Source: Halarcobacter sp. (GTDB taxonomy: Bacteria; Campylobacterota; Campylobacteria; Campylobacterales; Arcobacteraceae). Taken from it: a stretch of 64,000 nt of DNA. The notes beneath the pieces were generated by a model that worked only from the letters and a program-made list of their open reading frames with translations, was not told where the DNA came from and ran no database searches. Location of the stretch: the NCBI GenBank assembly GCA_963676565.1, contig OY781089.1, positions 1,536,001-1,600,000 on the forward strand, given 5' to 3'. Of this stretch, positions 10,102 to 19,583 are shown piece by piece. The position numbers and the translations under genes are program-made. Numbering within the stretch: the first letter of the stretch is position 1; each line of letters begins with the position of its first letter.

Positions 10102-10704
10102 TTGAGTCCTAGAAAAATTAATAAAGAAGAAAAAAGAAGAGAAGTAGCTCTATCATGCCGTGAACTTATATATGAAGTTGGGATGAAAAATCTTACAGTT
10201 GCACAGGTGGCAAAAGCTGCTGGAATTGGAAAAGGAACAATATACGAATATTTTGAAAATAAAGATGACATTATTTTTGAAATTATAAATATTCATATTG
10301 AAGAACATCATAAAAAGTTCTTAAAAGAGGTAGAAAAGCTTAAAACAATAAGGGAAAAAATTGAATTGTTTTTTGAATTTGTTTTAAGTGAAGAGCCTGA
10401 TTTAGTAAGAAGATTTAATGGCTATAAAGAGTTTCTCTCTATAGTATTATCAGATGATAATACTTCAATGAAAGAGTTTAATTGTAATAAAAATGAATTT
10501 TTTAGAGGTGAACTTGTTAAAATTTTTGCTCAAGGAATAGCAAGTGGTGAATTAAGAGAAGAATCACTTGAATTAGCTGATGGGATTTTAACTTATCAAA
10601 AGGGTTTAACTATTAGAAAAATGAGTCAAGCCAATTTTGATGCAAGGGAAGATTTTGAAAAGTTTATCAATACAATTTTTAAATTGTTAGAGGTGAAGAA
10701 GTAA
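10102..10704 (+). CDS. TetR/AcrR family regulator
   Basis: HTH TVAQVAKAAGIGKGTIYEYFENKDD; AGGAGG SD before TTG. Confidence 0.95.
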   Translation: MSPRKINKEEKRREVALSCRELIYEVGMKNLTVAQVAKAAGIGKGTIYEYFENKDDIIFEIINIHIEEHHKKFLKEVEKLKTIREKIELFFEFVLSEEPDLVRRFNGYKEFLSIVLSDDNTSMKEFNCNKNEFFRGELVKIFAQGIASGELREESLELADGILTYQKGLTIRKMSQANFDAREDFEKFINTIFKLLEVKK

Positions 10705-10931
10705 TGATTCCTGCAAAATATCAAAGATTAGTATTCGCTTTTTTAATGTCTTTACTTATGAGCTTTTTGATGAGTGGAGTTATTACTTTCATAAATTTAG
10801 GAATTGTAGATAATTTTATCTCTTTATGGTTTGGTGCATATTGGAGAGCTTTTGTTGTAGCTTTTCCAATTATCTTTGTTGTCGCGCCATTTGTTCAAAA
10901 ACTTACAGCAAAACTAATAAAACAGAATTAA
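10704..10931 (+). CDS. Small two-TM membrane protein, DUF2798-like
   Basis: FAFLMSLLMSFLMSG.IT..N.G...W...AF.VAFP pattern; TAATG coupling to tetR. Confidence 0.8.
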   Translation: MIPAKYQRLVFAFLMSLLMSFLMSGVITFINLGIVDNFISLWFGAYWRAFVVAFPIIFVVAPFVQKLTAKLIKQN

Positions 10932-10945
10932 CACAAGGAAAGAAA

Positions 10946-12172
10946 ATGATGAAACTAAGTTTAGCTTTTTTATTAATTATTCCATTTTCACTTTTTGGTG
11001 AAAATCTTCAACAATTAATCGAATTGTCAAAAAACAATAAAATGTTAGAGTCTTCTAAAATTAGTTTAGAGAGTATAAAAGACTCTTATAAAAGTGTAAA
11101 AAGTAATTATATGCCACAGTTTAATGTGGGCGCAAGTTACAGTAATAATAGTAATGAAACAATCACTATGCCACAAAATAACACAACTGTTAAAGGAAGT
11201 GTTGATTATGTGATTTATGATGGTGGTAAAAAACAAAATACTTATAAGTATTATGATTCAACTATAAAAAGTAGTGAGAATAGTTTGGAAAATCAAAAAA
11301 ATGAAATTGCTTTAGAGGTTATTACGTATTACTATGATTATCTTTCTTATTTAGCTCAAAAAGAAGTAAAACTTCAAGAGATTGAACAGCTTCAAGCACA
11401 ATATAAAAGATTAAAAAAATTTTTAGATGTGGGAACTACAACTGAAGATGAAGTACAAAAAATTATATCAAATATAGAAATTGCAAATGTTGCTTTACAT
11501 GAAATTGAGTTAAATATTCAAACAATTAATCATAACTTAGAATATATTGTTGGAAAGTCAGTTTCAATTGAACCTGGTTCAAAAGTTTCAAAGTTTGATA
11601 AAGAGGTAAAATTAAGAGCAGATTTAAAAGCATTAGAAGATCAACTTGAAGCTTTAAAATCAAATGCAAAAGCTGAAAAAAGTGGAAAACTTCCAGTAGT
11701 TTCTTTTAATGATACATATTCATATAATAATTTAAACTATGACTCTGCTGCAAGTGATGATGATGTAGATAGAAATGTTGCTACATTAAACTTATCATGG
11801 AATATTTTTGATTTTGGCGCAACAAATAACTCATATGAGGCAGCATACAAACAATATTTAGCATTAAAATCACAGTATGAGTATGAAAAAAATAAGGCAA
11901 ATGTTGATTTAAAACTTGCAAAAAAAGCTTATGATATAGCAAAGTTAAAAATTGAATCTTCAAAAGCTGGATTAAAAGCTGCAAATAGTGCATATGAAAC
12001 TATTAAAGCAAAATATCAAAATGGTTTAGTTGATAATGTTGCATATTTACAAAGTTTAACAGAAAAATATAGTGCTCAAAGCTCATTAAAAGTTGCACTT
12101 TATGAGTTAGAGATGAGAAAAGCAAATATAATTTATTTTAGTGGTGAAAGATTAGAGGAGTATATAAAATGA
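10946..12172 (+). CDS. TolC-family outer membrane efflux protein
   Basis: Signal peptide, YMPQF, IYDGG, WNIFDFG; AAGGA SD before ATG 10946. Confidence 0.9.
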   Translation: MMKLSLAFLLIIPFSLFGENLQQLIELSKNNKMLESSKISLESIKDSYKSVKSNYMPQFNVGASYSNNSNETITMPQNNTTVKGSVDYVIYDGGKKQNTYKYYDSTIKSSENSLENQKNEIALEVITYYYDYLSYLAQKEVKLQEIEQLQAQYKRLKKFLDVGTTTEDEVQKIISNIEIANVALHEIELNIQTINHNLEYIVGKSVSIEPGSKVSKFDKEVKLRADLKALEDQLEALKSNAKAEKSGKLPVVSFNDTYSYNNLNYDSAASDDDVDRNVATLNLSWNIFDFGATNNSYEAAYKQYLALKSQYEYEKNKANVDLKLAKKAYDIAKLKIESSKAGLKAANSAYETIKAKYQNGLVDNVAYLQSLTEKYSAQSSLKVALYELEMRKANIIYFSGERLEEYIK

Positions 12173-13305
12173 AAATTGTAAAAAGACTATTAGTAAGTTC
12201 AGTAATAACTTTTGTTGCACTTTCAACAAATTTAAGTGCTGCAGGAGCACCAGTAGGAAAACAAATGCCAGCTCCAAAAGCTGATGTTTATGTTGTTCCC
12301 CAAGCAAGCGATTTTGCTATTACTTTAAAATATCCAGCATCTATTGAGCCATTTAGCCAAGCTGTTGTTTATTCTAGAGTTTTAGGTGTTTTAGAAGAAA
12401 TGCACTTTAATGAAGGTGATAAAGTAAAAAAAGGTCAAGAGTTATTTACAATTGAAGATGATATTTATCAAGCTCAAGTTGATGCTGCTCAAGCTTCTCT
12501 TAATATGGCTGAAGCAACTTTACAAAATGCAACTAGAAGTTGGGAAAGAATTAAAAAACTTTATAAAAGTAAAGCTGTTACAACAGAACAAAGAGATACA
12601 ACATTATCAACATATCAAAATGCTTTAGCATCTGTTTCAGCAGCAAAAGCTCAATTAAAACAAGCAAAAATCAATTTAAATTATACAAAAGTAAAAGCTC
12701 CAATTTCAGGAGTTACAAGTTTAAAAGCTGTTGATTTAGGGAATTTAGTTACATCAAATCCTCCAATGGCACTTGTTACTATTACTCAAAATGATAAAGT
12801 TTATTTAGATTTTTCAATGCCAATGAGTGATTATATTAATATTAAAAATGGTTTATGGTCAATGCCTGAAAATGGGAAAATTGAAATTGATGTTATCATA
12901 AATGGTAAGCCATCAGGAGTTAAAGGTTATGTTGATTTTATAGATGTAAATACTAATGAAAATACTTCAACAGTTAAAATGAGAGCTGTTGTTGATAATA
13001 GTCAACAAAAATTGATGGCTGGAAGCTTTGCAAGAGTTGCCTTAAGTGGTATTGTTCAAAAAAATGTAATAACAGTTCCTCAAAAAGCAGTTTTACAAAA
13101 TCCTATGGGAACAATTGTAATGGTTGATGAAGGTGGTAAAGTTGGAGTTAGACCAATAGTACCAGGAAAAGAAAGTGGCGATAAATATATTGTTGCTGGT
13201 GGTATGGTAAAAAGTGGAGATAGAGTCTTCGTAAATAATTTCTTTAGAATTAAGCCAGGAAATCCAGTAACTGTTGATAAAGTAATAAACGAACAAGGTA
13301 AATAA
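12169..13305 (+). CDS. RND efflux periplasmic adaptor (MFP)
   Basis: FNEGDKVKKGQELF, YTKVKAPISG, VPQKAV. Confidence 0.95.
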   Translation: MKIVKRLLVSSVITFVALSTNLSAAGAPVGKQMPAPKADVYVVPQASDFAITLKYPASIEPFSQAVVYSRVLGVLEEMHFNEGDKVKKGQELFTIEDDIYQAQVDAAQASLNMAEATLQNATRSWERIKKLYKSKAVTTEQRDTTLSTYQNALASVSAAKAQLKQAKINLNYTKVKAPISGVTSLKAVDLGNLVTSNPPMALVTITQNDKVYLDFSMPMSDYINIKNGLWSMPENGKIEIDVIINGKPSGVKGYVDFIDVNTNENTSTVKMRAVVDNSQQKLMAGSFARVALSGIVQKNVITVPQKAVLQNPMGTIVMVDEGGKVGVRPIVPGKESGDKYIVAGGMVKSGDRVFVNNFFRIKPGNPVTVDKVINEQGK

Positions 13306-13307
13306 AA

Positions 13308-16300
13308 ATGTTTTCAAAGTTTTTTATTAATAGACCAATTTTCGCAACAGTTGTGTCTATTATAATTATTCTTGCAGGTTTAATATCTATTAATATTTTA
13401 CCTGTAAAAGAGTATCCAGCTGTAACTCCACCACAGATTAATGTGAGTGCAACTTACCCAGGAGCTGATGCAAGTACACTTTCAAGTACTGTTGCTCCAG
13501 TATTGGAAAATGCAATTAATGGTGTAGACAATATGACTTATATGTCTACAACTGCATCTCCAAGTGGTGTTTTAAGTATGAGTATTATATTTGCAGTTGG
13601 AACTGATGTTGACCAAGCTAAAGTTGATGTAAACAATAGAGTTCAATTAGCACTTTCTTCACTTCCAAGTGAAGTTCAAAGACAGGGTATCTCTGTTGCT
13701 GAAAGATCTCCAGATATGTTAAAAGTATTAGCATTTACATCTAAAGATAATGTTCACAATACAACATGGATTTCAAACTACTTAACTGTAAATGTACTAG
13801 ATGATATTAAAAGAATTAAAGGTATTGGTGAAGCTAGAGTATTTGGTGCAAAAGATTACGCTATTAGAGTATTAATTGACCCTGAGAAATTAAAGTTTTA
13901 TGATATCTCTCCTGTTCAAGTTAGATCAATAATTTCAGAGCAAAATAATCAATACTCAACAGGTAGTGTTGGTGCAGAACCAATTAAAAATGTTACACCA
14001 TTTACTTATTCTATCTCTACAGAGGGTAGACTTAAAAATGTTGCAGAGTTTAATAATATAATTATAAGATCAAATCCTGATGGTTCAACTTTAAGACTAA
14101 AAGATATTGCAAAAGTAGAACTAGGTTCAGATTCAACATACACAAATGCTAAATATTCTGGTGAGCCTATGATTCCAGTTGGTATTTTCTTGGCACCTGG
14201 AGCAAATGCACTTGAAGTATCTGCTGCTTTAACTGAAACTTTAGAAGAAATATCAAAAAATTTCCCAGAAGATTTAGAGTATCAAGTACCATATGATGCA
14301 ACACTTTTTGTTGATCAATCAATTAAAGAGGTTGTTAAAACATTACTTGAAGCTATTTTCTTTGTAATTATTTTAATTTATTTATTTTTAGGTAATTTTA
14401 GAGCAACTATTATTCCAGTTCTTGCTATTCCAGTTTCTGTTATTGGTACTTTTGCAGGTCTTTACGCAGCAGGTTTTTCTATCAATTTACTTACATTATT
14501 TGGTATGATTCTGGCCATTGGATTGGTTGTTGATGATGCCATTATTGTAATTGAAAATGTTGAAAGAAATTTACGTACCAAAAAAGATATATCAGTAAAA
14601 GATGCAACTATTGATGCAATGAAAGAGTTAACTACTCCACTTATTGCAATTATTCTTGTTCTTTCAGCTGTATTTATCCCAGCAGCACTTACTGGTGGTT
14701 TTAGTGGGGTTATGTATAAACAATTTGCCATAACTATTGTAATGGCAGTTGTAATTTCAGGACTTGTTGCTTTAACATTAACTCCAGCTCTTTGTGCAAT
14801 TTTCCTTAAAAAAGACGAAGGTGAACCAATTTGGCCTATTAAAAAATTTAATGAATTTTTTGATTGGTCTACAAAAATATTTATTGGGATTACAAAGCAA
14901 ACAATTAGATTATGGTTCTTTTCTCTTGCTTTATTTGGTATATTAATATACGCAACTTTTAGTATTATTCAAAAGACACCAAATGGACTTGTTCCAACTG
15001 AAGATAAAGGTGTTTTACTAGTATTTGCTTATGCTATGCCTTCAACTTCTTTAGGTGAAACTGCAAAAATTACAAGTGAAATTGAACAACAATTATTAGC
15101 TGATGATGAAATTGTTTCAACAGGTAATATTACTGGACTTGATATTGCAACTTTTGCATATAAAACAGATTCAGCTTTAATGTTTGCTATGTTAAAACCT
15201 TGGGATGAAAGACCACTTCCAAATCAAAACTCGCAAGCAATTGCAGGAAGATTGATGGGGCAATTTATGGGTACAAGTAAAGAAGCGTTTGTTTTACCAG
15301 TAAATCCACCTCCAATTATGGGTATGAGTACAACTGGTGGTTTTGAAATGTGGATTCAAGATAGAACTGGTGGTGATTTAGCAACATTAAATAAATATAC
15401 ACAAGATATTATTGCAAAAGCAAGTGCTGATCCTAGATTAACTGGTATGAGAACAACATTAAATACAAATGTTCCAAAATATATGTTAAAGGTTAATAAG
15501 GATAAAGCAAAAGCAATGAATGTTTCTTTAGATTCTATTTTTAGTGTTATTCAAAATACTTATGGACAAGGTTATATCAATGACTTTAATCTGTATGGTA
15601 GAACATTTCATGTAAATATTCAGTCTGAGTCACAATACAGAGCAACAAAAGAGCAATTTAAAAATACATTTGTTAAGTCTTCAACAAATAACTATGTTCC
15701 ATTAAGTGAATTAATTACCCTTGATAGAACAGTAAATGCAAGTGTTATTCAAAGATTTAATATGTTTAATGCTGCAAAAGTAACAGGTGCTCCTGCATTT
15801 GGATTTGCTTCAAGTGATGCAACAGCTGCTATTGAAGAGATTGCAAATGAGATTTTACCTGAAGGATATACAATTGCTTGGTCTGGTACAACATATCAAG
15901 AGAAAAAATTAGAAACTGAAGGTGATTTAACTGCAGTTTACGCAGCGGTATTTGTGTTCTTAATTCTTGCAGCTTTATATGAAAGTTGGAGTATTCCATT
16001 AGCAGTAATTATTTCTATTCCATTTGCTATTTTTGGTGCAGCACTAGCTGTATTTTTAAGAGGATTAGAAGCAGATATTTATTTCCAAGTTGGGCTTATT
16101 ACTCTGGTTGGTTTAAGTGCCAAAAATGCAATTTTAATTGTAGAGTTTGCAATGGATAAATTAAAAGGTGGAATGAACCTTTTTGATGCAACAATTGAAG
16201 CATCAAGATTAAGATTTAGACCTATTGTTATGACATCATTAGCATTTATAGTTGGTACCTTACCTTTAGCACTAAGTAGTGGGGCTGGTAGTGCAAGTAG

Positions 16301-16430
16301 ACATATCATTGGTACAACTGTTGTTGGCGGTATGGTCGCTGCAGTTGCACTTGGAGTTTTATTTATTCCATTATTCTTCTATGGAGTACTTAAAATAAAA
16401 GAGAAACTTAGTTTCAAAAAAGATAAATAG
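13308..16430 (+). CDS. RND efflux permease (AcrB/CmeB type)
   Basis: FFINRPIFA, YPGA, GLVVDDAIIVIEN, KNAILIVEF, RFRPIVMTS. Confidence 0.97.
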   Translation: MFSKFFINRPIFATVVSIIIILAGLISINILPVKEYPAVTPPQINVSATYPGADASTLSSTVAPVLENAINGVDNMTYMSTTASPSGVLSMSIIFAVGTDVDQAKVDVNNRVQLALSSLPSEVQRQGISVAERSPDMLKVLAFTSKDNVHNTTWISNYLTVNVLDDIKRIKGIGEARVFGAKDYAIRVLIDPEKLKFYDISPVQVRSIISEQNNQYSTGSVGAEPIKNVTPFTYSISTEGRLKNVAEFNNIIIRSNPDGSTLRLKDIAKVELGSDSTYTNAKYSGEPMIPVGIFLAPGANALEVSAALTETLEEISKNFPEDLEYQVPYDATLFVDQSIKEVVKTLLEAIFFVIILIYLFLGNFRATIIPVLAIPVSVIGTFAGLYAAGFSINLLTLFGMILAIGLVVDDAIIVIENVERNLRTKKDISVKDATIDAMKELTTPLIAIILVLSAVFIPAALTGGFSGVMYKQFAITIVMAVVISGLVALTLTPALCAIFLKKDEGEPIWPIKKFNEFFDWSTKIFIGITKQTIRLWFFSLALFGILIYATFSIIQKTPNGLVPTEDKGVLLVFAYAMPSTSLGETAKITSEIEQQLLADDEIVSTGNITGLDIATFAYKTDSALMFAMLKPWDERPLPNQNSQAIAGRLMGQFMGTSKEAFVLPVNPPPIMGMSTTGGFEMWIQDRTGGDLATLNKYTQDIIAKASADPRLTGMRTTLNTNVPKYMLKVNKDKAKAMNVSLDSIFSVIQNTYGQGYINDFNLYGRTFHVNIQSESQYRATKEQFKNTFVKSSTNNYVPLSELITLDRTVNASVIQRFNMFNAAKVTGAPAFGFASSDATAAIEEIANEILPEGYTIAWSGTTYQEKKLETEGDLTAVYAAVFVFLILAALYESWSIPLAVIISIPFAIFGAALAVFLRGLEADIYFQVGLITLVGLSAKNAILIVEFAMDKLKGGMNLFDATIEASRLRFRPIVMTSLAFIVGTLPLALSSGAGSASRHIIGTTVVGGMVAAVALGVLFIPLFFYGVLKIKEKLSFKKDK

Positions 16431-16438
16431 GGTTTTCC

Positions 16439-16753
16439 CTATTTATTTTGAAAACCTTGATATTTAAATCCTGTACTTCCACCACTTTCTTTCTTATTTT
16501 GTTCTTGTTTCTTTGATGGAACATTTTCTATCCCTTTAAAGGTGTCAAACCATTTTAACTCTTCTGGGGCATCAGCTTCAAATTTTGTTTTTTTAGGTGA
16601 GTTAAAATCCATTTTTCCAGATGAAAAATCAACTTTTGTAAAACCTATGTATATAAAGATAATAATTGCAACACCTACTAATAGTTTAAACAACATATCT
16701 AAAAATAGTCTTGTTTGAGTTTTTTTCTTTTGTATTTTTTCATTTTTTGCCAT
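16439..16753 (-). CDS. Hypothetical single-TM protein
   Basis: 104-aa ORF with one hydrophobic helix; TATAAT 6 nt upstream of ATG. Confidence 0.7.
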   Translation of the reverse strand: MAKNEKIQKKKTQTRLFLDMLFKLLVGVAIIIFIYIGFTKVDFSSGKMDFNSPKKTKFEADAPEELKWFDTFKGIENVPSKKQEQNKKESGGSTGFKYQGFQNK

Positions 16754-16797
16754 AAAATAATTATACTTAAAAAAATTAACTTTAGGTATAATAAGGA

Positions 16798-17217
16798 ATG
16801 AAGAGTTTACAAAAAGAGTTTAATTTAAGAAAAAAGAATAGAGGGTTTCATCTAATTACAGATGAAATAATTTCAAATATTCCAGAGATAAAAGATTTTG
16901 AAATAGGAACTTTAAATCTATTTATAAAACATACAAGTGCAAGTTTGACTATAAATGAAAATTGTGACCCAACAGTTAGAACTGATATGGAAAACTTTGT
17001 TAATGATGTAGTATCAAATAAGTCATATTTTAAACATACATATGAGGGTGATGATGATATGCCTGCACATTTAAAGTCTTCACTATTTGGTGTGAGTCTT
17101 ACAATTCCTATTACAAATGGACAACTAAATCTTGGAACTTGGCAAGGTATTTATTTAGGAGAGCATAGAGATTATGGTGGTAGTAGAAAAATAGTTGCTA
17201 CAATTATGGGAAATTAA
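16798..17217 (+). CDS. yjbQ: YjbQ/UPF0047 family protein
   Basis: HTSASLTINEN.DP.VR.D, H..EG.DDMPAH.KS, LGTWQGIYLGEHR. Confidence 0.93.
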   Translation: MKSLQKEFNLRKKNRGFHLITDEIISNIPEIKDFEIGTLNLFIKHTSASLTINENCDPTVRTDMENFVNDVVSNKSYFKHTYEGDDDMPAHLKSSLFGVSLTIPITNGQLNLGTWQGIYLGEHRDYGGSRKIVATIMGN

Positions 17218-17383
17218 AAGGTTTAATATTTTTTCTCAATATTTATTCTAGCCATTTCTCAAGATATTCAAGTGGTTTAAGAACTAGAACAGATAGTATT
17301 GAATTATAACTAAATACATACTTTAAAAGTATATACTTAGTTTAAGTGTGGTCTTTTTAAGGTCAAGATAAGACTATAAATAA

Positions 17384-17689
17384 CTATTTTAAAAAGTTCG
17401 CATTATCAATTTGTGATAAAGGAATATTAACATCAAAAATTTTTGCAGTAATATTTTCAATTCCAAATGAATTTAATCTTTGGGTATGTTTAGTTAAATA
17501 TCTATTTGCATTTTCGATATCTTCAAATAAGTAGATTCCACCAGCTTGTTTTGTATCAGCATTTTCTGTCCAGATTTTCCAAATTAACCCTTGCTCAGTT
17601 GCAATATCTTTTGCCAAATCAGAAAAAGCCTCAGTCATATTATCTCCAAATGGTCCTTCCATTGGAAAATCAATTTGTAATAATTTCAT
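17384..17689 (-). CDS. ydhR: YdhR-family putative monooxygenase
   Basis: LLQIDFP..GPFG, GLIWKIWTEN, AGGIYLF, H..RL..FG. Confidence 0.88.
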   Translation of the reverse strand: MKLLQIDFPMEGPFGDNMTEAFSDLAKDIATEQGLIWKIWTENADTKQAGGIYLFEDIENANRYLTKHTQRLNSFGIENITAKIFDVNIPLSQIDNANFLK

Positions 17690-17690
17690 A

Positions 17691-18125
17691 TTAATCCTTT
17701 TTATTTAAGTTCTTATATACTTTATTTAATAAGTTAAATAGTTGCTCTTTTTCATTAGTTGAAAAAGTATCTAACATATTATTATTGTGTTGAGTTGAAT
17801 GTTCAATAATAGGTTTTGATAAATCTATTGCTTTTTTTGTTGGGAATAATTGAATTTCTCTTCTATTTTCACTATTTTGCTTTTTTATTAGAAAATCACT
17901 TTTTTCTAACTTATCAATCATTCTTGTTAAGTTACCTTGATTCTTATATGTGGAATCAGATACTGACTTTTGTGAAATACCTGGCTCTTCAATAACTTTA
18001 TAAACTACTGACCATTGTTCAGGAGATATTCCATAATCTTTAATTTCTTGATTAAAAGCATTTTTAGATGCTAAGGCAGTTCTATTTAAAATAAAACCTA
18101 ATGATTTATTCATATCAAAATTCAT
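17691..18125 (-). CDS. MarR family regulator
   Basis: ISPEQWSV, GISQK, LTRMIDKLEK, NRRE winged-helix pattern. Confidence 0.92.
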   Translation of the reverse strand: MNFDMNKSLGFILNRTALASKNAFNQEIKDYGISPEQWSVVYKVIEEPGISQKSVSDSTYKNQGNLTRMIDKLEKSDFLIKKQNSENRREIQLFPTKKAIDLSKPIIEHSTQHNNNMLDTFSTNEKEQLFNLLNKVYKNLNKKD

Positions 18126-18145
18126 ATTAACCCTTTCAAGTTGGA

Positions 18146-18174
18146 ATTATACTTGTTTTAACAATTGTTGTCAA
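18146..18174 (-). promoter_or_regulatory. Consensus sigma70 promoter of marR-ydhR with overlapping palindromes
   Basis: Minus strand TTGACA (18174-18169), 17 bp, TATAAT (18151-18146); palindromes TTGTT-TT-AACAA and TGTC-AA-GACA overlap it. Confidence 0.8.
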
Positions 18175-18249
18175 GACATATATTTTAGATTATTGTATTA
18201 AAAAGTTTAAAGATTATAATGATATATCTATAGCCTTTGAAAAAAGCTC

Positions 18250-18278
18250 TTGACTTTTGTACTACATTGTGCCATAAT
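18250..18278 (+). promoter_or_regulatory. sigma70 promoter of tetR with an operator in the spacer
   Basis: TTGACT, 17 bp, CATAAT; the region contains TTTTGTACT-ACAT-TGTGCCA. Confidence 0.7.
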
Positions 18279-18284
18279 TCAATT

Positions 18285-18890
18285 ATGATAAAAAAATCAA
18301 TGAAAAACAGTATCGGTAGACCAAAAACTTTTGAAAAAGAAGATGTAATTAAACTAGCTATGAATCACTTTTGGGAACATGGTTACGAAGGAACAAATCT
18401 AGATGATTTATTAGTTGCAATGGGTATTAAAAAAAGTAGCTTTTACAGAACTTTTAAATCTAAAGAAGAGGTATTTTTCCTTTCTCTTGAACTTTATAAA
18501 AAAGAAACTTTTTTACTTTTAGAGCAGTTAAAATCTGAAATAGGGGTAAAGAAAACTTTAGTATATATTATAAAGTATGATGTTGAAGAAGCAAAGAAAT
18601 TAGGCAGATTAAAAGGTTGTTTAATTATTGATTGTGGAAAAGAATCTTATAAAAAATTTGGAATTATAAGTGATTATATAAAAAAAGAGATGAATAGTTT
18701 TGTAGAGTTTTTTACAGAGTTTGTAAAAGAAGGTCAAAAAAATGGTGATATTGGAAAGAAACTTGATTCAAAATTATTAGCTGTAAGGTATCTAACTTTA
18801 TATACAGGTATTATTTCTTCATTACAAGCTGGAATAGAGTTTAATGTAGTGGATGATTTATTACTTTTTGTGGAAGAATTAATGAATTGA
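18285..18890 (+). CDS. TetR family regulator (NemR/ComR-like)
   Basis: GRPKTF, FWEHGYEGT.LDDL...MGI.KSSFY..F.SKE, GCL. Start is 18285 or 18300; TTG 18237 lies upstream of the promoter. Confidence 0.92.
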   Translation: MIKKSMKNSIGRPKTFEKEDVIKLAMNHFWEHGYEGTNLDDLLVAMGIKKSSFYRTFKSKEEVFFLSLELYKKETFLLLEQLKSEIGVKKTLVYIIKYDVEEAKKLGRLKGCLIIDCGKESYKKFGIISDYIKKEMNSFVEFFTEFVKEGQKNGDIGKKLDSKLLAVRYLTLYTGIISSLQAGIEFNVVDDLLLFVEELMN

Positions 18891-18897
18891 TTTTTTT

Positions 18898-18931
18898 GTT
18901 TAGTTTTGTACTGAAAAGTACAAAACTAAAC
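18898..18931. promoter_or_regulatory. Perfect 15-bp inverted repeat (operator and/or RNA hairpin)
   Basis: GTTTAGTTTTGTACT-GAAA-AGTACAAAACTAAAC. Confidence 0.75.
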
Positions 18932-18981
18932 TATGTTTTTAAATGATTTGGTGAAAACTTATTAAATAGTTTTTTGACTAA

Positions 18982-19001
18982 TTTTGTACTAAATAGTACC
19001 A
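18982..19001. promoter_or_regulatory. Third copy of the GTACT-N4-AGTAC operator
   Basis: TTTTGTACT-AAAT-AGTACCA just before the AAGGA SD. Confidence 0.7.
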
Positions 19002-19014
19002 TAAAGGAAAAGTT

Positions 19015-19575
19015 ATGAAAAATATTCTAGTTATTGTTGCAAATCCAAAGAAAAATAGTTTATCATTTGCCATTGCAAATAGAGTAAAGAAAGTAAATGA
19101 AGATGTTAAAAATAATGTTGAGATTTTAGATTTATATAAAGATGAAAAAAGACAAGACTTTTTTACATATGAGAAAGATGGATTTCACTTTGAACCAACG
19201 AAAGAGATGCTTTATTATCAAGAAAAGATAAAAAATGCTGATGAGATAGCAATTGTTTTTCCCTATTGGTGGGGAAGTATGCCTGCAATATTAAAAAACT
19301 TTTTTGATTGGAATCTTTCTGCTGGCTTTGCATATACATATGAAAATGGAATGCCAAAAGGGCTTTTAAAAGGTAAAGATGTAAAAATATATACTACAAC
19401 AGGAGCTCCTAAATTTCTTTATTTTTTTAATGGAGCAAATAGAAGACTTAAAAAAATGTTCAAAAACCAAATTATAGAGTTTTGTGCTATGAATTTAAAA
19501 GAATTTAATATTTTTGGTGGAATTGATAGTGGTTTTAAAGGTGCAGAAAAAATTCTTGATAGTATAAAGGCTTAG
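19015..19575 (+). CDS. Flavodoxin-fold NAD(P)H:quinone oxidoreductase (KefF/MdaB-like)
   Basis: ILVIVANP...S, FPYWWGSMPAILKNFFD, GLLKGK, TTTGAP. Confidence 0.92.
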   Translation: MKNILVIVANPKKNSLSFAIANRVKKVNEDVKNNVEILDLYKDEKRQDFFTYEKDGFHFEPTKEMLYYQEKIKNADEIAIVFPYWWGSMPAILKNFFDWNLSAGFAYTYENGMPKGLLKGKDVKIYTTTGAPKFLYFFNGANRRLKKMFKNQIIEFCAMNLKEFNIFGGIDSGFKGAEKILDSIKA

Positions 19576-19583
19576 AAATTTAA

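Noticed and set aside
10826..10945. Cys-rich N-terminal extension of the TolC-family ORF
   Set aside because: It overlaps the DUF2798-like gene; the SD and signal peptide point to ATG 10946.
17294..17316. XerH dif-like site (TAGTATTGAA...ATAACTAAA)
   Set aside because: It resembles the remembered difH arms only in part, and the central core and spacing are missing.
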